41,604 bases of DNA, from positions 1 through 41,604 of the IMG/VR virus record IMGVR_UViG_3300048072_000021; one strand, given 5' to 3'. The notes below the pieces were generated by a model that saw only the letters and a program-made list of their open reading frames with translations, ran no database searches and was not told the DNA's origin. The translations under genes were made by a program, and so were the position numbers. Of the stretch, positions 24,428 to 34,600 are shown piece by piece. This DNA comes from a virus (Duplodnaviria; Caudoviricetes). How positions within the stretch are numbered: the first letter of the stretch is position 1; each line of letters starts with the position of its first letter.

Positions 24428-25645
24428 TTATGCCTCCCGGCTAATGCTTACTTCTAAGCGGAGTAAGCGATTTTGTGAGACGACGCCATAGGAGCCGTAC
24501 CATTTCCAGCCCAGGCTTTCCCACTGTTGGAGTAAGCCTTGTTTCAGGGGGCCGACGACGGTTCCGAACTCACCCACTTCTTGACCCTGGTGAAAGATTT
24601 TCGCCAGAGAAGCAGGAGAGCCAAGCAGGACGGGGCACACGCTGTCAGCATTACTCACGGTTTCACCGGAAGCATGGGCAAAGCGCAAGCCACCATTCGC
24701 ACCCTCTCCGATGATCCCGATGGTTGTCGAGGCCACCGAAGCGACTTTCACGCGCTCGTTGAGTGGGTAATGGGTGTTCGCGGTTTCCAGGGTGCCGATG
24801 GTGAGCATATCGCCCACGTCAATATTGGTCGCAGAGGCGACGACGATGGAGGTCGCCAGGGCATTGACCGCCCCGTTCAGGGTGGTGCCAATCGCGGAGG
24901 CGTTGGCCGCCCCTGCACTCCAAAACATCTTGGCCCAGGCAGACGAGAGCAGTTTGAACGGCCCAAGTTTCCCAAGTTCAAAATTGAAGATCAGGGATTT
25001 GTCCTGGTACTGTCCTGCGGCGATGACGTTTCCGCCCGTGCGTACATCTTTGTACGCATAAGGGTGCATGAGCGCCATCCAAGAAGCCATCCCGCCATCG
25101 AGAACGGTAGGGGATTTCAAGGTTTCGAGGTCGGCCTGAGCATCGGAGAGCAGGTCATCGGTCAGGTTGTGGCCGGTGCCGCCCGCGTCCAAAGAGGAGC
25201 GAGCCGCAACATTGCCGCCGCGCATGACGTTTGAGGCTTGCAAAGCGGTATTCTTGGCGATGAGGTCTACTGACTCCATCTGGTTTTTCCCGATAGCTTC
25301 CATGCGTTGCATCCCATAATTGGTATATGCGCCAAGCATCAAAGCCTCTGACACCTGAATCGCGTTGCCGCGCGAGGTGGGGGAGATGGTGATGGTGGTG
25401 TCGGTTTGCGTGACGGGGGTCACGTCCACCAACTGACTAATGGCTGTCTCGACGGGTTGAAGGTCGCTGATAAAGTTCAGTGTCACACTCGAACCCTGTG
25501 CGAGCGGGCCATCTTTCTCCAAGTTTGCCTCGAAGGGCATGGAGAATTGATCGTATAACCTCATCAACTCCGCGGCTTTCACGTAGTCCGCAATATAGCG
25601 GGTACGCAAAGCACCGGTCAAGTTGGAGGTGGTTTGTACAGTCAT
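24428..25645 (-). CDS. major capsid protein with inserted beta domain
   Basis: 405 aa after scaffold; ALMHPYAYKDVR, GKLGPFKLL, LGWKWYGSYGVV..NRLLRLE. Confidence 0.88.
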   Translation of the reverse strand: MTVQTTSNLTGALRTRYIADYVKAAELMRLYDQFSMPFEANLEKDGPLAQGSSVTLNFISDLQPVETAISQLVDVTPVTQTDTTITISPTSRGNAIQVSEALMLGAYTNYGMQRMEAIGKNQMESVDLIAKNTALQASNVMRGGNVAARSSLDAGGTGHNLTDDLLSDAQADLETLKSPTVLDGGMASWMALMHPYAYKDVRTGGNVIAAGQYQDKSLIFNFELGKLGPFKLLSSAWAKMFWSAGAANASAIGTTLNGAVNALATSIVVASATNIDVGDMLTIGTLETANTHYPLNERVKVASVASTTIGIIGEGANGGLRFAHASGETVSNADSVCPVLLGSPASLAKIFHQGQEVGEFGTVVGPLKQGLLQQWESLGWKWYGSYGVVSQNRLLRLEVSISREA

Positions 25646-25655
25646 GGTTTACTTC

Positions 25656-26285
25656 CTATTTGAACGCACCCAGGCTGTCGATCTCTCTGATGAGGGTTTC
25701 CTGTTCCGCCTTGTTGAGGCGGGGAGTTCGTTGGAGTTCGGCCAGGCGCGCGATTTTTGAGTCTAAGTTACCTGCGCTTCCCACGCTCCCCGAAGGGGCA
25801 GGGATCGCAGAAGCGGGGGCCGGGGGTTGGTTAGCCTTCGCTCGTTGGTAACGAATGAGAGCCAATTCCAGCGCATCGGGATTGTTTCCGTGCTGGCGGG
25901 TAAGCTGGATCACATCGTTCGAGTTCGGGTCAACTCCTACGGCGCTATAAATACTCAAGAAATCTACGGCTTGCGACGCGGCTTGGGGCGCTCCATTTGC
26001 CAATGAAGCGGGTTGAACCTGAGACGGGGGAACGGGTTGGATAGAAGCCTGAACGGGATACCCTGAACGCAGTTCGTTGACTGCGTTCTCAAGTTCCGCG
26101 ATGCGCCGATCCTTCATGGATTGCACACGCTTTTCAATCATCGGCTCCAATGCCGCAATTTGTTCCGCCGTGAACGTCACGACACCGTTTGAAGGCGGCT
26201 GACCAGAGACAACTCCCCCGGCAGGGGTTGGCACTCCCTGCGGTGAAGCTGTGCCTGCGCTCTCCAAGTTTGCTTGATTTGTCAT
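25656..26285 (-). CDS. capsid scaffolding protein
   Basis: Immediately upstream of MCP; helical QSMKDRRIAELE and P/A-rich linkers. Confidence 0.7.
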   Translation of the reverse strand: MTNQANLESAGTASPQGVPTPAGGVVSGQPPSNGVVTFTAEQIAALEPMIEKRVQSMKDRRIAELENAVNELRSGYPVQASIQPVPPSQVQPASLANGAPQAASQAVDFLSIYSAVGVDPNSNDVIQLTRQHGNNPDALELALIRYQRAKANQPPAPASAIPAPSGSVGSAGNLDSKIARLAELQRTPRLNKAEQETLIREIDSLGAFK

Positions 26286-26317
26286 TTTACACGTTTCCTT
26301 GTTGAATGTTTGAATTG

Positions 26318-26336
26318 ATTATACTACGCCCGTCAA
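26318..26336 (-). promoter_or_regulatory. late-type promoter-like element TTGACG-N7-TATAAT
   Basis: ttgacg ggcgtag tataat upstream of scaffold/MCP. Confidence 0.7.
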
Positions 26337-26340
26337 CGTA

Positions 26341-26517
26341 TCACTTCGCTTTGGGCTTGATGTTCTTTTTACCGGGCTGAACAGAGCCTTTTACGGGAAT
26401 GTCTTTGCGGGTGTAGCGGTTCCAATCGTCGGCGTTCTTTCTCCCCTTCGGTGGCGCAGGGGATTTCGGGGACTTGGGGGTGATAGTTCCTTTTTTGGAA
26501 GATGAGTTCGTCGGCAT
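26341..26517 (-). CDS. small Lys/Pro-rich basic protein
   Basis: TAAGGAG SD; 58 aa. Confidence 0.7.
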   Translation of the reverse strand: MPTNSSSKKGTITPKSPKSPAPPKGRKNADDWNRYTRKDIPVKGSVQPGKKNIKPKAK

Positions 26518-26527
26518 AAGATTCTCC

Positions 26528-29500
26528 TTACGGGGTTGCGGGGACCTGCTCCCCAAAATAACTACTCTCCATCTGGAAAAGTAGGGTTTCATATGGAATA
26601 CCCAATTGTTCAGCAAGGCGTGTCAAGGATTTCTTCATCGCGGGGCTGAGGGTGCCCCCCGCGAAGTAGTCCTCAAGCAAGTTGCTCTGGTCTTGGGAGA
26701 TGAGGGCTTGGTAATCCTGCCAGGTGGGGACGGGAGGATTGTACCCAAAGGCAGGAGCGGCTTGCTCTTGCATCGAGCCTTGGGGTTGGGCAAACTCCTG
26801 GCGCAATTCTCCAGGGAGAGGTTCGCGCAGTTTCCCGGCCAGGGCGTCCAGCTTCTCCTCAATCGAAAGGTTCCAGATGTCCGAGGTTTCAAGATATGCC
26901 TTGAGTTCGGGGTGTTCATTCCAGTACGCCCGCGCGCCCTTCGTATCCCCTAAGTCCTTGAGCGCATTGTATCCATCCCATGCGCTTTGAATGTCAGGGA
27001 ATTGCGCGTCCAGGGTGGCGTACTTCTGCCCCTTGTAATACTTCTCGAGGAAATCCAGCCCGCCGTAATAGGTAAAGAGAAGTTCGTTCCCCATGACTTG
27101 CTCCTCTTTCCATGACAAGACTTTCTCCAAGAGCGGATCATTCCCCATAAGAAGTTTGGCGGCGTCGGGGTTGGCTTGGTTGAGGGCGAAATAACGATCC
27201 ACGCGCTCCCAAATATCTTCCCCGAACAGGCGCGCCCCTTCCGCTTGCATCGCTTTGTAGTCGCTCCGTACCATGCCCCACTCCTCACGCGTGGCGTTCT
27301 CTGGCAGGGCGAGGAGCGCGGATAAGTCCACGATCCCGGCCATGAAACGATCTCGGTCGGGCTTGGTCATAAACGAGAGATCGCCCTTGTTGGCGTAGAA
27401 TTGTTCGATGATGCCAGGGTCAATCCCGATCAACTTGGTAATATCCGAGGCTTGTCCAGGGGGGACGCGCCCTAAGACGTTGTAGGCCAGCGCGCGATCC
27501 ACTTCCGGCCCGGACTTCTTGGCGATCAAGATGCTATCCATCCAGGGGTAACGGGTATGCAATTGATCCATGAGATCGCGGAACTCGTCAGCGTTCAAAT
27601 CGCTGGAGCGGTTCCAGAGGGTGTAATACTCTGAGTACATCTTATCGATCTGGATGTCGCTCAGGTTGCGCCCCTTGAACCCCACCCCTAGGAAGAAGGA
27701 TGTCAACTGCCCAGGGGTACGCTTATCTAAGGCGTACTGCGTGGCTTGCTCCCATATCGCCTGAGCTTCGGGATTGGCCGCCCGGATTTCAGGACTAGCG
27801 GCGTCAATCGCTTGCTCATCCGTAATCTGGACATACTCCCCATTGATCGTCACACCCTGCGCCAGCGCCGCCAGAGCCATCGCGACGCGGCGCTGTTCGT
27901 AGGGGTCTTGCCCTCCGGCGAAGAAGTGGGTAAAGGGGTCAACCTCAAGGTTTTGATTGAAGATCGCCCCGATACTCCGTAAGGTGGCGGTTTGCGGAAT
28001 GAGTCTCCCGGCCCATCGTGCGGCGGCGTCCTGCTCGCCCTTCGCGTACAGAGAGAGGGCGAGCGCGAAATTGAGCGGCGTCCAGGTGGAAGGGCCGAAC
28101 TTGCCTACGTCGTCCAAGGAACGAGTGAGCCAGTCTACCCGTTTGGCCGGGTCGTTGAAGTCGGTTCCGGTCAAGCCGTTCAAGGGGTTGAGGGTGGCTT
28201 CCAGGTTGAAGAATAAGGGATTGTCATCGTTGCGCCCCAGGAGTTCATTGGAGTTGATATTGTACTTCCACCACTCCGGGGAACCGGCGTGCAAATGCTC
28301 TAGCGCCGTGCGGTACTTGGCGTAGGCGGCGATAGTTTCAGGGTTGGAGACAAGCCGGGTGAGCCAGTTCTTGTACGTGCGGGTGTACCAGAACTCATAC
28401 GGGAAAAGGTAAGCGGCCACCAGATCAAGGTTTCTCTTCTGAGAATAATCGTGCAAAGCGAAGTCGCGCATGAGGTCCGCATAGCCAGAGGCTAACAGGC
28501 GCGCCTCCCCAATGCGCTCCGTGGCCTGTGTTTTCCATCCGCCTAGGGCTTGCTCCACCTTCGGAGAGAAGTCGGACGGAGTGAGGGTGCCCCAACTATC
28601 GGAGAGTTTCTGATTGACGCGGTTTAACCAGTCCTTTAACCCTGCGAGATTTTCGGCGGTGGCACGTGGACCGGTAGGCATGGAGCCATCCATGTACGGC
28701 GTGCGAAGCGGGATCGGGTTCCCATCCGGCCCCATCGTCAACCCACCCGGAGTAGTGAACCCTGGCATAGTGCCCTGCGTGGGGGGGAGGGTGTTGGCGA
28801 GCGTGGGCGCACCCGCGGGAATCGCCTCGCCCACGCCCCTTATGGCGGGCGGAACGTTTGAGGTGAGCGGCAACTGCCCGGGAATAGGAGAGGTGGGGAA
28901 GGTGTCGAGAGGCGTTACCTTCGGGAGAGGTGCAGACGAAGGAAGGTTTTCAATTTTCTGGCGACTTAGATAACCACTCAGGTATGCGTCCAAATTTTCA
29001 ATCAGCGCTCCCTTACCCTTCGCGCGTCTCTGCGCTTCAAAGGCGGCCCAGGCTTGTTCGACTGACCCTTCGCTGACGCCCTTCCCCTTGAGAATGGAGG
29101 CAACTTCGGTATAAGCCCCACTCATATCTTGGATGCGTTCCCACACTTTCATTTGGATTGCCCGCAAGTATTTGAGGTTGTCGCTCATATCCTTGCCGTT
29201 GACGATCCGATTGAGAGCGTTCAAGAAAGTTCTCTTATTTTTGTAGCCATCCTGGTACAAATCCTTATAAAATCCAGGATTATCGGACATCAAAAGTTTT
29301 TCGATGTCCCACTCCTCCGCCCCGAACTTATCTACTTGCACCGGACCCATCGCATCTTTGAGTTCGTTGTACATATCCCCTGCGGCCCATTGCATGAGTT
29401 GCTTGAAGTCGTCAGGGAGTTTGCTTACCGGCGTCATGGCATCACTCATGGTCATAGACCGCCCTACCCCTCCGTACTTCCCAATCACGTTCTCGATGAT

Positions 29501-32500
29501 GCGTTGGTTGTAAGTTCCTTTGGCGGTGGCCGAGCTAATCCCGTAGTGATCTGCAAGAATTGCAATCGCGGTTTTATTATCCTCGCGCCCCAGGGCCGAC
29601 AGGATTTTATCCTTCGTCTGGAATACTAGCGGCCCCTTACTTGTCGTCTCAACTACCGCATCATCAAATGCCCGCGCTTGCGCCAGGGCTTCGCGGGCCT
29701 GATCTAGAAGCGCCTTAGACGGTTCGTACCCCGAGATTTGACGCACGTTCTGCCAGTAGGTTTCTCCGAAAGAAGCATAGGCTTCGCGTGTGGTGGCCCA
29801 TTGGGTGCGGGTTTCCGTGCGCCAGTGGTTCCAAAGCGCATCCAAAAACTCATCCTTGCCCATCCCGGCGAAAGGTTCCCCGGTCATCTTGAACTCGTCC
29901 CATAGTTGGGCAATAGTTGCTGTACCCTTCCCGCTCTTGAGTTCCTGCGTGCGCGCCCACACCTGCTTGGTAAATAACTCGTGGGTGTTGTTCATCCCTG
30001 ACCACAGGCTATCCATCTGGTTCAGCATCGCCATACCCGTCTCATCTACCTGTTTGGCAAACTCCGGGGCCAGGGATACCGCTTCGCGCCGGATAGTGGT
30101 CACAAGGTTTTCGTAAGCGCGGCGCGTGTAGGCGTTGGCCCACACCCGATGATTGGCGATAGCACTCTCGGCGTCACTCATCAAACCCTGTGCGGTCGCT
30201 TCCGAGGCGTTGAGGAGAATGTTATTCCCTTCCAGCGAGGCCAGCATGTCAGTCGCGCCGGTTTGCTCGAACTTGGCGGCATCTGCGAACTTCTCGGTAT
30301 CCACCGCAAGGGCGGTGATCTTGGCTTGCTTCTCCGCCAGCGTCCCCTCGCCCTGATAGATCACCTTCATCTGTTCCCACACGTTGAAGTTTTGGGCGAT
30401 CCGAATATCTTCCTCACCCATCCATAGGGCGGTCTTGGTGATCTCAATGTTCCCAGGGGCGGCGAGTTCTCTAAAACGGGCGAGGGCCTTGTCTACACTC
30501 CCGTCATACTCAAGCACGAGCCGAGTGAGCAGGTTGGCGGTCTGTGTATCCATCCCGGCGTCCACGAGTGGGGCGATGTCGGGGAGGGCTTTGCCGGGGC
30601 GTAGCATCTGGCGCATCACATCCTTGACTGCCTTGTAGGAGATTTGCGCGGCCCCCAATTCCTCAAACTCCGCCGACTTTTTCAAGCCGAATTGCCACCA
30701 CTTGTACCCTTTCTCCGCTTCCCCGACTCCTTCGATGGTAGCTCCGATCCCCCCAAACCCGCCCATCTTGGCATTGGTGACACCCCCTAATAGCTCGCGC
30801 ACCCCATTGACCGCCTTCTCTTTGCCTACAAAGATGGACCCTGCGCCCGCATCTACCGAGATCGTGAGCGCGTTGTTCATCAAGTTCCTAAACGCAAAGC
30901 CGGGGGACATCCCCATATAGACATTCGCAAAGAAGCGATTGATCGGGGTGTAGATTGCGCCCTTTGTCATCTTATCGAAGCGCGAGATGAAGCGTTGCGC
31001 GGGGGTGATTGCCCCTAAGTTGGCGTATCGCTCCAGGTCTGCCATGGTTTCCCCAGGTTTCAAGACTGCGGTGCCCGTTTTCCGGTAGTCGGCCAGGCGG
31101 TCAATGGCGTCCGCTTGCTCAAGGACGGTAGGGAAATAGGCTTTGGAACTCTCGTCAAGTTTGGAGGTGGCCCACTGAACCACACCCTCTAACCCGCCCG
31201 CCTTTGCCTCCTCAAAGCCACGCAAGAAGGCGGAGAAATCCAGGTTTCCACGCATCCCAGGCAGAGGCGTTTGCCCCGCGGGTTGGGTCGCGTCAATCAA
31301 ATGGTTCCGTAAGATGACCCCTAACTCATCGGCGGCGCGCGAGAAAAGCGGCTTGGGAACCGGAGCATGGGTCAGGATGTCCACCCCTTCCGCCACGGCG
31401 TTCAGGTTGTCGTCGGTCTTGAGGACCAGGGCGCGCATGATCTCCATCGCTTTATCGAAGTCATACGTACCATCCGCCTTCCGCGTGTTCGCAAAAACAA
31501 AACGAACCATCTGCCCGGAGCGGTTGGCTAAATCCTGGCGCTTCCCTTCGGTGGTCAATTGCAGTAGTCCCCGATTTTGGGCGAGTTCGTCCAGGTTGGC
31601 GCTTACTTTGCCCACCTGATCCTTGACGACTTGCGCCAAGTTTTCAAGAGAGTTCACCCCTTCTGCGACGGTGTTTGCCCGGAGTGCCTTGAACGCTTCA
31701 TCTACCTTTGTGGAGGGATTGACGAAGATGTCCTCAACTTTCCCAAGTCTACGGGCTGTAACTCCGGCCCGCGTAAAAAATCCTGCGGCATTGAGCGGAT
31801 CGAGGATCAACTGCCCAATCATCTCGTCAATAGGTTTCTGTAACTCAGTCGCAAGGTAGGCGGGATTTTCTCCGGCCTTGTAGCGGCGCACATACTCATC
31901 CCTGAGGGTGACATCATTCAGAACGGAGTACGCGATCCGACTGGCTTGCCAGTTCTCATCCAGGTTATCGCGGGCTTCGTCCCATGACTTCTTGGGGGCA
32001 GTCAGCACCCGCAAAGAATTATAGGCGGCGAGCGGCCCCACCGCGTCCGTGATCGCGGTAGCCCACCCAGGCATCCAGTCAGGATAATTGATGTCGGGCA
32101 AAGGAGAGCCTTCCTGTGCGTCCTGCATGGTCAACTGCCCGGTTCCAATCAGGCTTTCAGCAGTCTTGGAGAACAACCCGAAGGCGCTCCCGATCCCGCG
32201 CCCCATCTCCGCGATGGTGCGCCCTGCGTAGGTGGCAAAGGTTGGTGCGCCTTCTTCGTCCCCTCCAAGTTCACGTAAGCCCGGCCCCGCTTGCATCAAG
32301 AAATTCCACGCGGCAGGGAGGCCTTGCTTGAAATCGCCCTTCTCTAAATATCCTGCGGCGGTTTCGGCGGCAGATACAAAGGGGTTTTTCTCCTGTGTGG
32401 GGTCGGTTCCCTGGTGGAGGCGATACTGTATCCCCTTGAACCACCCCTCGAAAGAGGCGGCTAAATCTGTGCGCCCAAGTGGGGTGAAGTCCGGTTCTCC

Positions 32501-32857
32501 GTGTGGGTTCCAGCCGGTCGCGCCCGTAGGCAGGGGGTTGCCGTTGAAATCGAGGGGCACCCCCTGATTATTTACGGGAGGATTGCGATAGTCCCATCCC
32601 CCCATCGGATCATTCGGATCGTAATTGACTTGCCCGGTGGGTTCCCAGGCGTCGGGTTGACCTTTCGGTTTATGGAGCGTGCCATCGTTCGCCTCAAGCG
32701 GGGTTCCCGCGTAGGGGTTGAAGGTTCCTTGAGGTTTCTGTTGGCCTTGAGGCTGATAGACTTTATTATAGAAACTCTGTTGCTGGTTTTGGGAACCCGA
32801 GGAGAGCCAGCGTTTACGAGGATCGCCCAGGGGCGCGCCGTTATTTATAGTCGCCAT
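26528..32857 (-). CDS. 2109-aa putative internal virion (ejection) protein
   Basis: Very large helical ORF in the head module; no catalytic motif recognised. Confidence 0.65.
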   Translation of the reverse strand: MATINNGAPLGDPRKRWLSSGSQNQQQSFYNKVYQPQGQQKPQGTFNPYAGTPLEANDGTLHKPKGQPDAWEPTGQVNYDPNDPMGGWDYRNPPVNNQGVPLDFNGNPLPTGATGWNPHGEPDFTPLGRTDLAASFEGWFKGIQYRLHQGTDPTQEKNPFVSAAETAAGYLEKGDFKQGLPAAWNFLMQAGPGLRELGGDEEGAPTFATYAGRTIAEMGRGIGSAFGLFSKTAESLIGTGQLTMQDAQEGSPLPDINYPDWMPGWATAITDAVGPLAAYNSLRVLTAPKKSWDEARDNLDENWQASRIAYSVLNDVTLRDEYVRRYKAGENPAYLATELQKPIDEMIGQLILDPLNAAGFFTRAGVTARRLGKVEDIFVNPSTKVDEAFKALRANTVAEGVNSLENLAQVVKDQVGKVSANLDELAQNRGLLQLTTEGKRQDLANRSGQMVRFVFANTRKADGTYDFDKAMEIMRALVLKTDDNLNAVAEGVDILTHAPVPKPLFSRAADELGVILRNHLIDATQPAGQTPLPGMRGNLDFSAFLRGFEEAKAGGLEGVVQWATSKLDESSKAYFPTVLEQADAIDRLADYRKTGTAVLKPGETMADLERYANLGAITPAQRFISRFDKMTKGAIYTPINRFFANVYMGMSPGFAFRNLMNNALTISVDAGAGSIFVGKEKAVNGVRELLGGVTNAKMGGFGGIGATIEGVGEAEKGYKWWQFGLKKSAEFEELGAAQISYKAVKDVMRQMLRPGKALPDIAPLVDAGMDTQTANLLTRLVLEYDGSVDKALARFRELAAPGNIEITKTALWMGEEDIRIAQNFNVWEQMKVIYQGEGTLAEKQAKITALAVDTEKFADAAKFEQTGATDMLASLEGNNILLNASEATAQGLMSDAESAIANHRVWANAYTRRAYENLVTTIRREAVSLAPEFAKQVDETGMAMLNQMDSLWSGMNNTHELFTKQVWARTQELKSGKGTATIAQLWDEFKMTGEPFAGMGKDEFLDALWNHWRTETRTQWATTREAYASFGETYWQNVRQISGYEPSKALLDQAREALAQARAFDDAVVETTSKGPLVFQTKDKILSALGREDNKTAIAILADHYGISSATAKGTYNQRIIENVIGKYGGVGRSMTMSDAMTPVSKLPDDFKQLMQWAAGDMYNELKDAMGPVQVDKFGAEEWDIEKLLMSDNPGFYKDLYQDGYKNKRTFLNALNRIVNGKDMSDNLKYLRAIQMKVWERIQDMSGAYTEVASILKGKGVSEGSVEQAWAAFEAQRRAKGKGALIENLDAYLSGYLSRQKIENLPSSAPLPKVTPLDTFPTSPIPGQLPLTSNVPPAIRGVGEAIPAGAPTLANTLPPTQGTMPGFTTPGGLTMGPDGNPIPLRTPYMDGSMPTGPRATAENLAGLKDWLNRVNQKLSDSWGTLTPSDFSPKVEQALGGWKTQATERIGEARLLASGYADLMRDFALHDYSQKRNLDLVAAYLFPYEFWYTRTYKNWLTRLVSNPETIAAYAKYRTALEHLHAGSPEWWKYNINSNELLGRNDDNPLFFNLEATLNPLNGLTGTDFNDPAKRVDWLTRSLDDVGKFGPSTWTPLNFALALSLYAKGEQDAAARWAGRLIPQTATLRSIGAIFNQNLEVDPFTHFFAGGQDPYEQRRVAMALAALAQGVTINGEYVQITDEQAIDAASPEIRAANPEAQAIWEQATQYALDKRTPGQLTSFFLGVGFKGRNLSDIQIDKMYSEYYTLWNRSSDLNADEFRDLMDQLHTRYPWMDSILIAKKSGPEVDRALAYNVLGRVPPGQASDITKLIGIDPGIIEQFYANKGDLSFMTKPDRDRFMAGIVDLSALLALPENATREEWGMVRSDYKAMQAEGARLFGEDIWERVDRYFALNQANPDAAKLLMGNDPLLEKVLSWKEEQVMGNELLFTYYGGLDFLEKYYKGQKYATLDAQFPDIQSAWDGYNALKDLGDTKGARAYWNEHPELKAYLETSDIWNLSIEEKLDALAGKLREPLPGELRQEFAQPQGSMQEQAAPAFGYNPPVPTWQDYQALISQDQSNLLEDYFAGGTLSPAMKKSLTRLAEQLGIPYETLLFQMESSYFGEQVPATP

Positions 32858-34428
32858 GTTACCAATCCTGTCCGCGAGAGACTTGCCACGTTGCGCGCGG
32901 GGTTACGTGCCCCTCCTGGCATGGTTGAGCCTTGTGCGTAGACCGGGGGCTGATAGCGTTGCGAGACGCCGCGCCCGGTGTAGCCTCCGGGGTTGCCCCC
33001 GCCTCCCCCTCCGCCACCCCCTCCGCCCCCAGATGGGTTGTAGCCCGTCCCCCCTCCGCCACTCCCGCCTCCCGTAGGTGTGCCCACAGGGCGCTGGGGA
33101 GAGTTCGGGAGATAGTCGGGGTAGCCTTCGCCACCCCCGATGACCCTGTTACCAGACTCAGACCACAAGCCTTGCCTGCCCCCGATCCAACCCACGTACG
33201 CGGCAGGGGTGTTGCGCGGGACACGCACCCAGGTGCCATCCGCTTGCTGAACCACATCGAAGCCAGGATAACCGGAGGTGTTGATGGTTTCTCCGGTGGG
33301 TAAAACGTTGTAGCCCACGACTTGCCCCGCGGTGTTGTAGATAGGTTGGTACACCCCTCTCTGTACCTGATAGGTGTCTTTGGGTTTGGCGGCCTCGCTC
33401 CGTGCGTATAAGTCTTGCTCGATAGCCGCGGCCTGTTGTGAACCCGTCATCCCAGGCGCAAGGGGATTGTTGAGAATTGCCGGACCCTCTGGCGCGCGCG
33501 GCCTACCTCCGGCGTCTGTGTTGACGGGCCTCCCGTAGTAAGCAGGGTTGGCGTAACTTACCGGGCCTTGCGCCGGGGGTAGATACGAAGGCATCCCGAT
33601 TCCTGTGTAATACCCGGTAGCTTGCGGGGTCGTCGGAACACCTGTGCCGGGGATAAGTCCTTGCCCCGCCACGGAAGGAGTGCCCTGAGCGAGCGGGGGT
33701 TGACCCGCACCGATCCCAGGAAAGGTAGGGACGTTACCCCCTCCCTGTTTAGTTAGGCTTCCTTTCTTGAACGCCGGGAGCGGTTTTGTTAGGCGCGCCC
33801 ACCAATCCCCTCCCGCGTATGTCTGCCCTCCAACTGGATACGAGGGAGTATTGACGGGGGCGGGAGAAGTCTTTGGGTAAACAGTCGTTGGCTTGTAACC
33901 CCCACCCTGCGACGGGGGAATATAGCCGGTGTATTGGTTATTCGAAAGGGGCGCATAGGGTCCAGAGGGCTGACCGGGGAACGTGGTTGAGGGATTGGAT
34001 GAAGTTGTCCCTTGTGTTCCGGGTGGGTTTTGCAAGGGGATTATGGGCGGAGGTTGAGTCTGTGAGGCCTGCGCGTTACCACCGCTCATTCCCGCGTAGC
34101 TCGCTTCCCCAGGCGTCACGAGATGCTTCTGCCCTTTCGCCGCCAGGTCTTTCATATACCCCGATAAATCCGGGGCTTTCAACACCATCCCGGCCTGTAA
34201 GGTTCCGCCCCCGATCAGGTCCGCGATCACGTTGAAGTAGCGTTGATCGCCATACAACTTCTGCGCGATGGAGGCAAAGCTATCGCCACTCTGGACGGTG
34301 TAACCCTTGTTGCGCTTGGGTTTCTTGTTGCCCCCACCCCCACCTGAGGCGTTGGGATTGAAGCCCTGATCGAAGCCCTTGCCGGGATTGCCAGGAGAGT
34401 CGAAGTCAAAACTGTTGTTCGGCGGCAT
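32845..34428 (-). CDS. LysM-domain, G/P/Q-rich putative internal virion protein
   Basis: YTVQSGDSFASIAQKLYGD...LQAGMVLKAP; remainder low complexity. Confidence 0.8.
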   Translation of the reverse strand: MPPNNSFDFDSPGNPGKGFDQGFNPNASGGGGGNKKPKRNKGYTVQSGDSFASIAQKLYGDQRYFNVIADLIGGGTLQAGMVLKAPDLSGYMKDLAAKGQKHLVTPGEASYAGMSGGNAQASQTQPPPIIPLQNPPGTQGTTSSNPSTTFPGQPSGPYAPLSNNQYTGYIPPSQGGGYKPTTVYPKTSPAPVNTPSYPVGGQTYAGGDWWARLTKPLPAFKKGSLTKQGGGNVPTFPGIGAGQPPLAQGTPSVAGQGLIPGTGVPTTPQATGYYTGIGMPSYLPPAQGPVSYANPAYYGRPVNTDAGGRPRAPEGPAILNNPLAPGMTGSQQAAAIEQDLYARSEAAKPKDTYQVQRGVYQPIYNTAGQVVGYNVLPTGETINTSGYPGFDVVQQADGTWVRVPRNTPAAYVGWIGGRQGLWSESGNRVIGGGEGYPDYLPNSPQRPVGTPTGGGSGGGGTGYNPSGGGGGGGGGGGGNPGGYTGRGVSQRYQPPVYAQGSTMPGGARNPARNVASLSRTGLVTWRL

Positions 34429-34600
34429 CGTCTTGTTCCTCTTGCATCATCTCTATCATGATCTGCGCGGCTTGTGCTTGTTGTTCGGCGGCGCGGACGG
34501 ACGGGCGATACTCGAACGCCCGTTGAAAATCTTCAAGCCAGTCGTTGACTTGCTCTTGCGCGGCCAGGGTCAACTCCTCCATCATCGCTTTTGTGATCAT
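34406..34600 (-). CDS. small hypothetical protein downstream of portal
   Basis: GGAG SD; ATGA overlap. Confidence 0.65.
   Translation of the reverse strand: MITKAMMEELTLAAQEQVNDWLEDFQRAFEYRPSVRAAEQQAQAAQIMIEMMQEEQDDAAEQQF

Noticed and set aside
26528-32857. Tape measure protein or virion RNA polymerase
   Set aside because: No tail tube or chaperone genes nearby and no polymerase motif recognised by eye; a structure search is needed to exclude it fully
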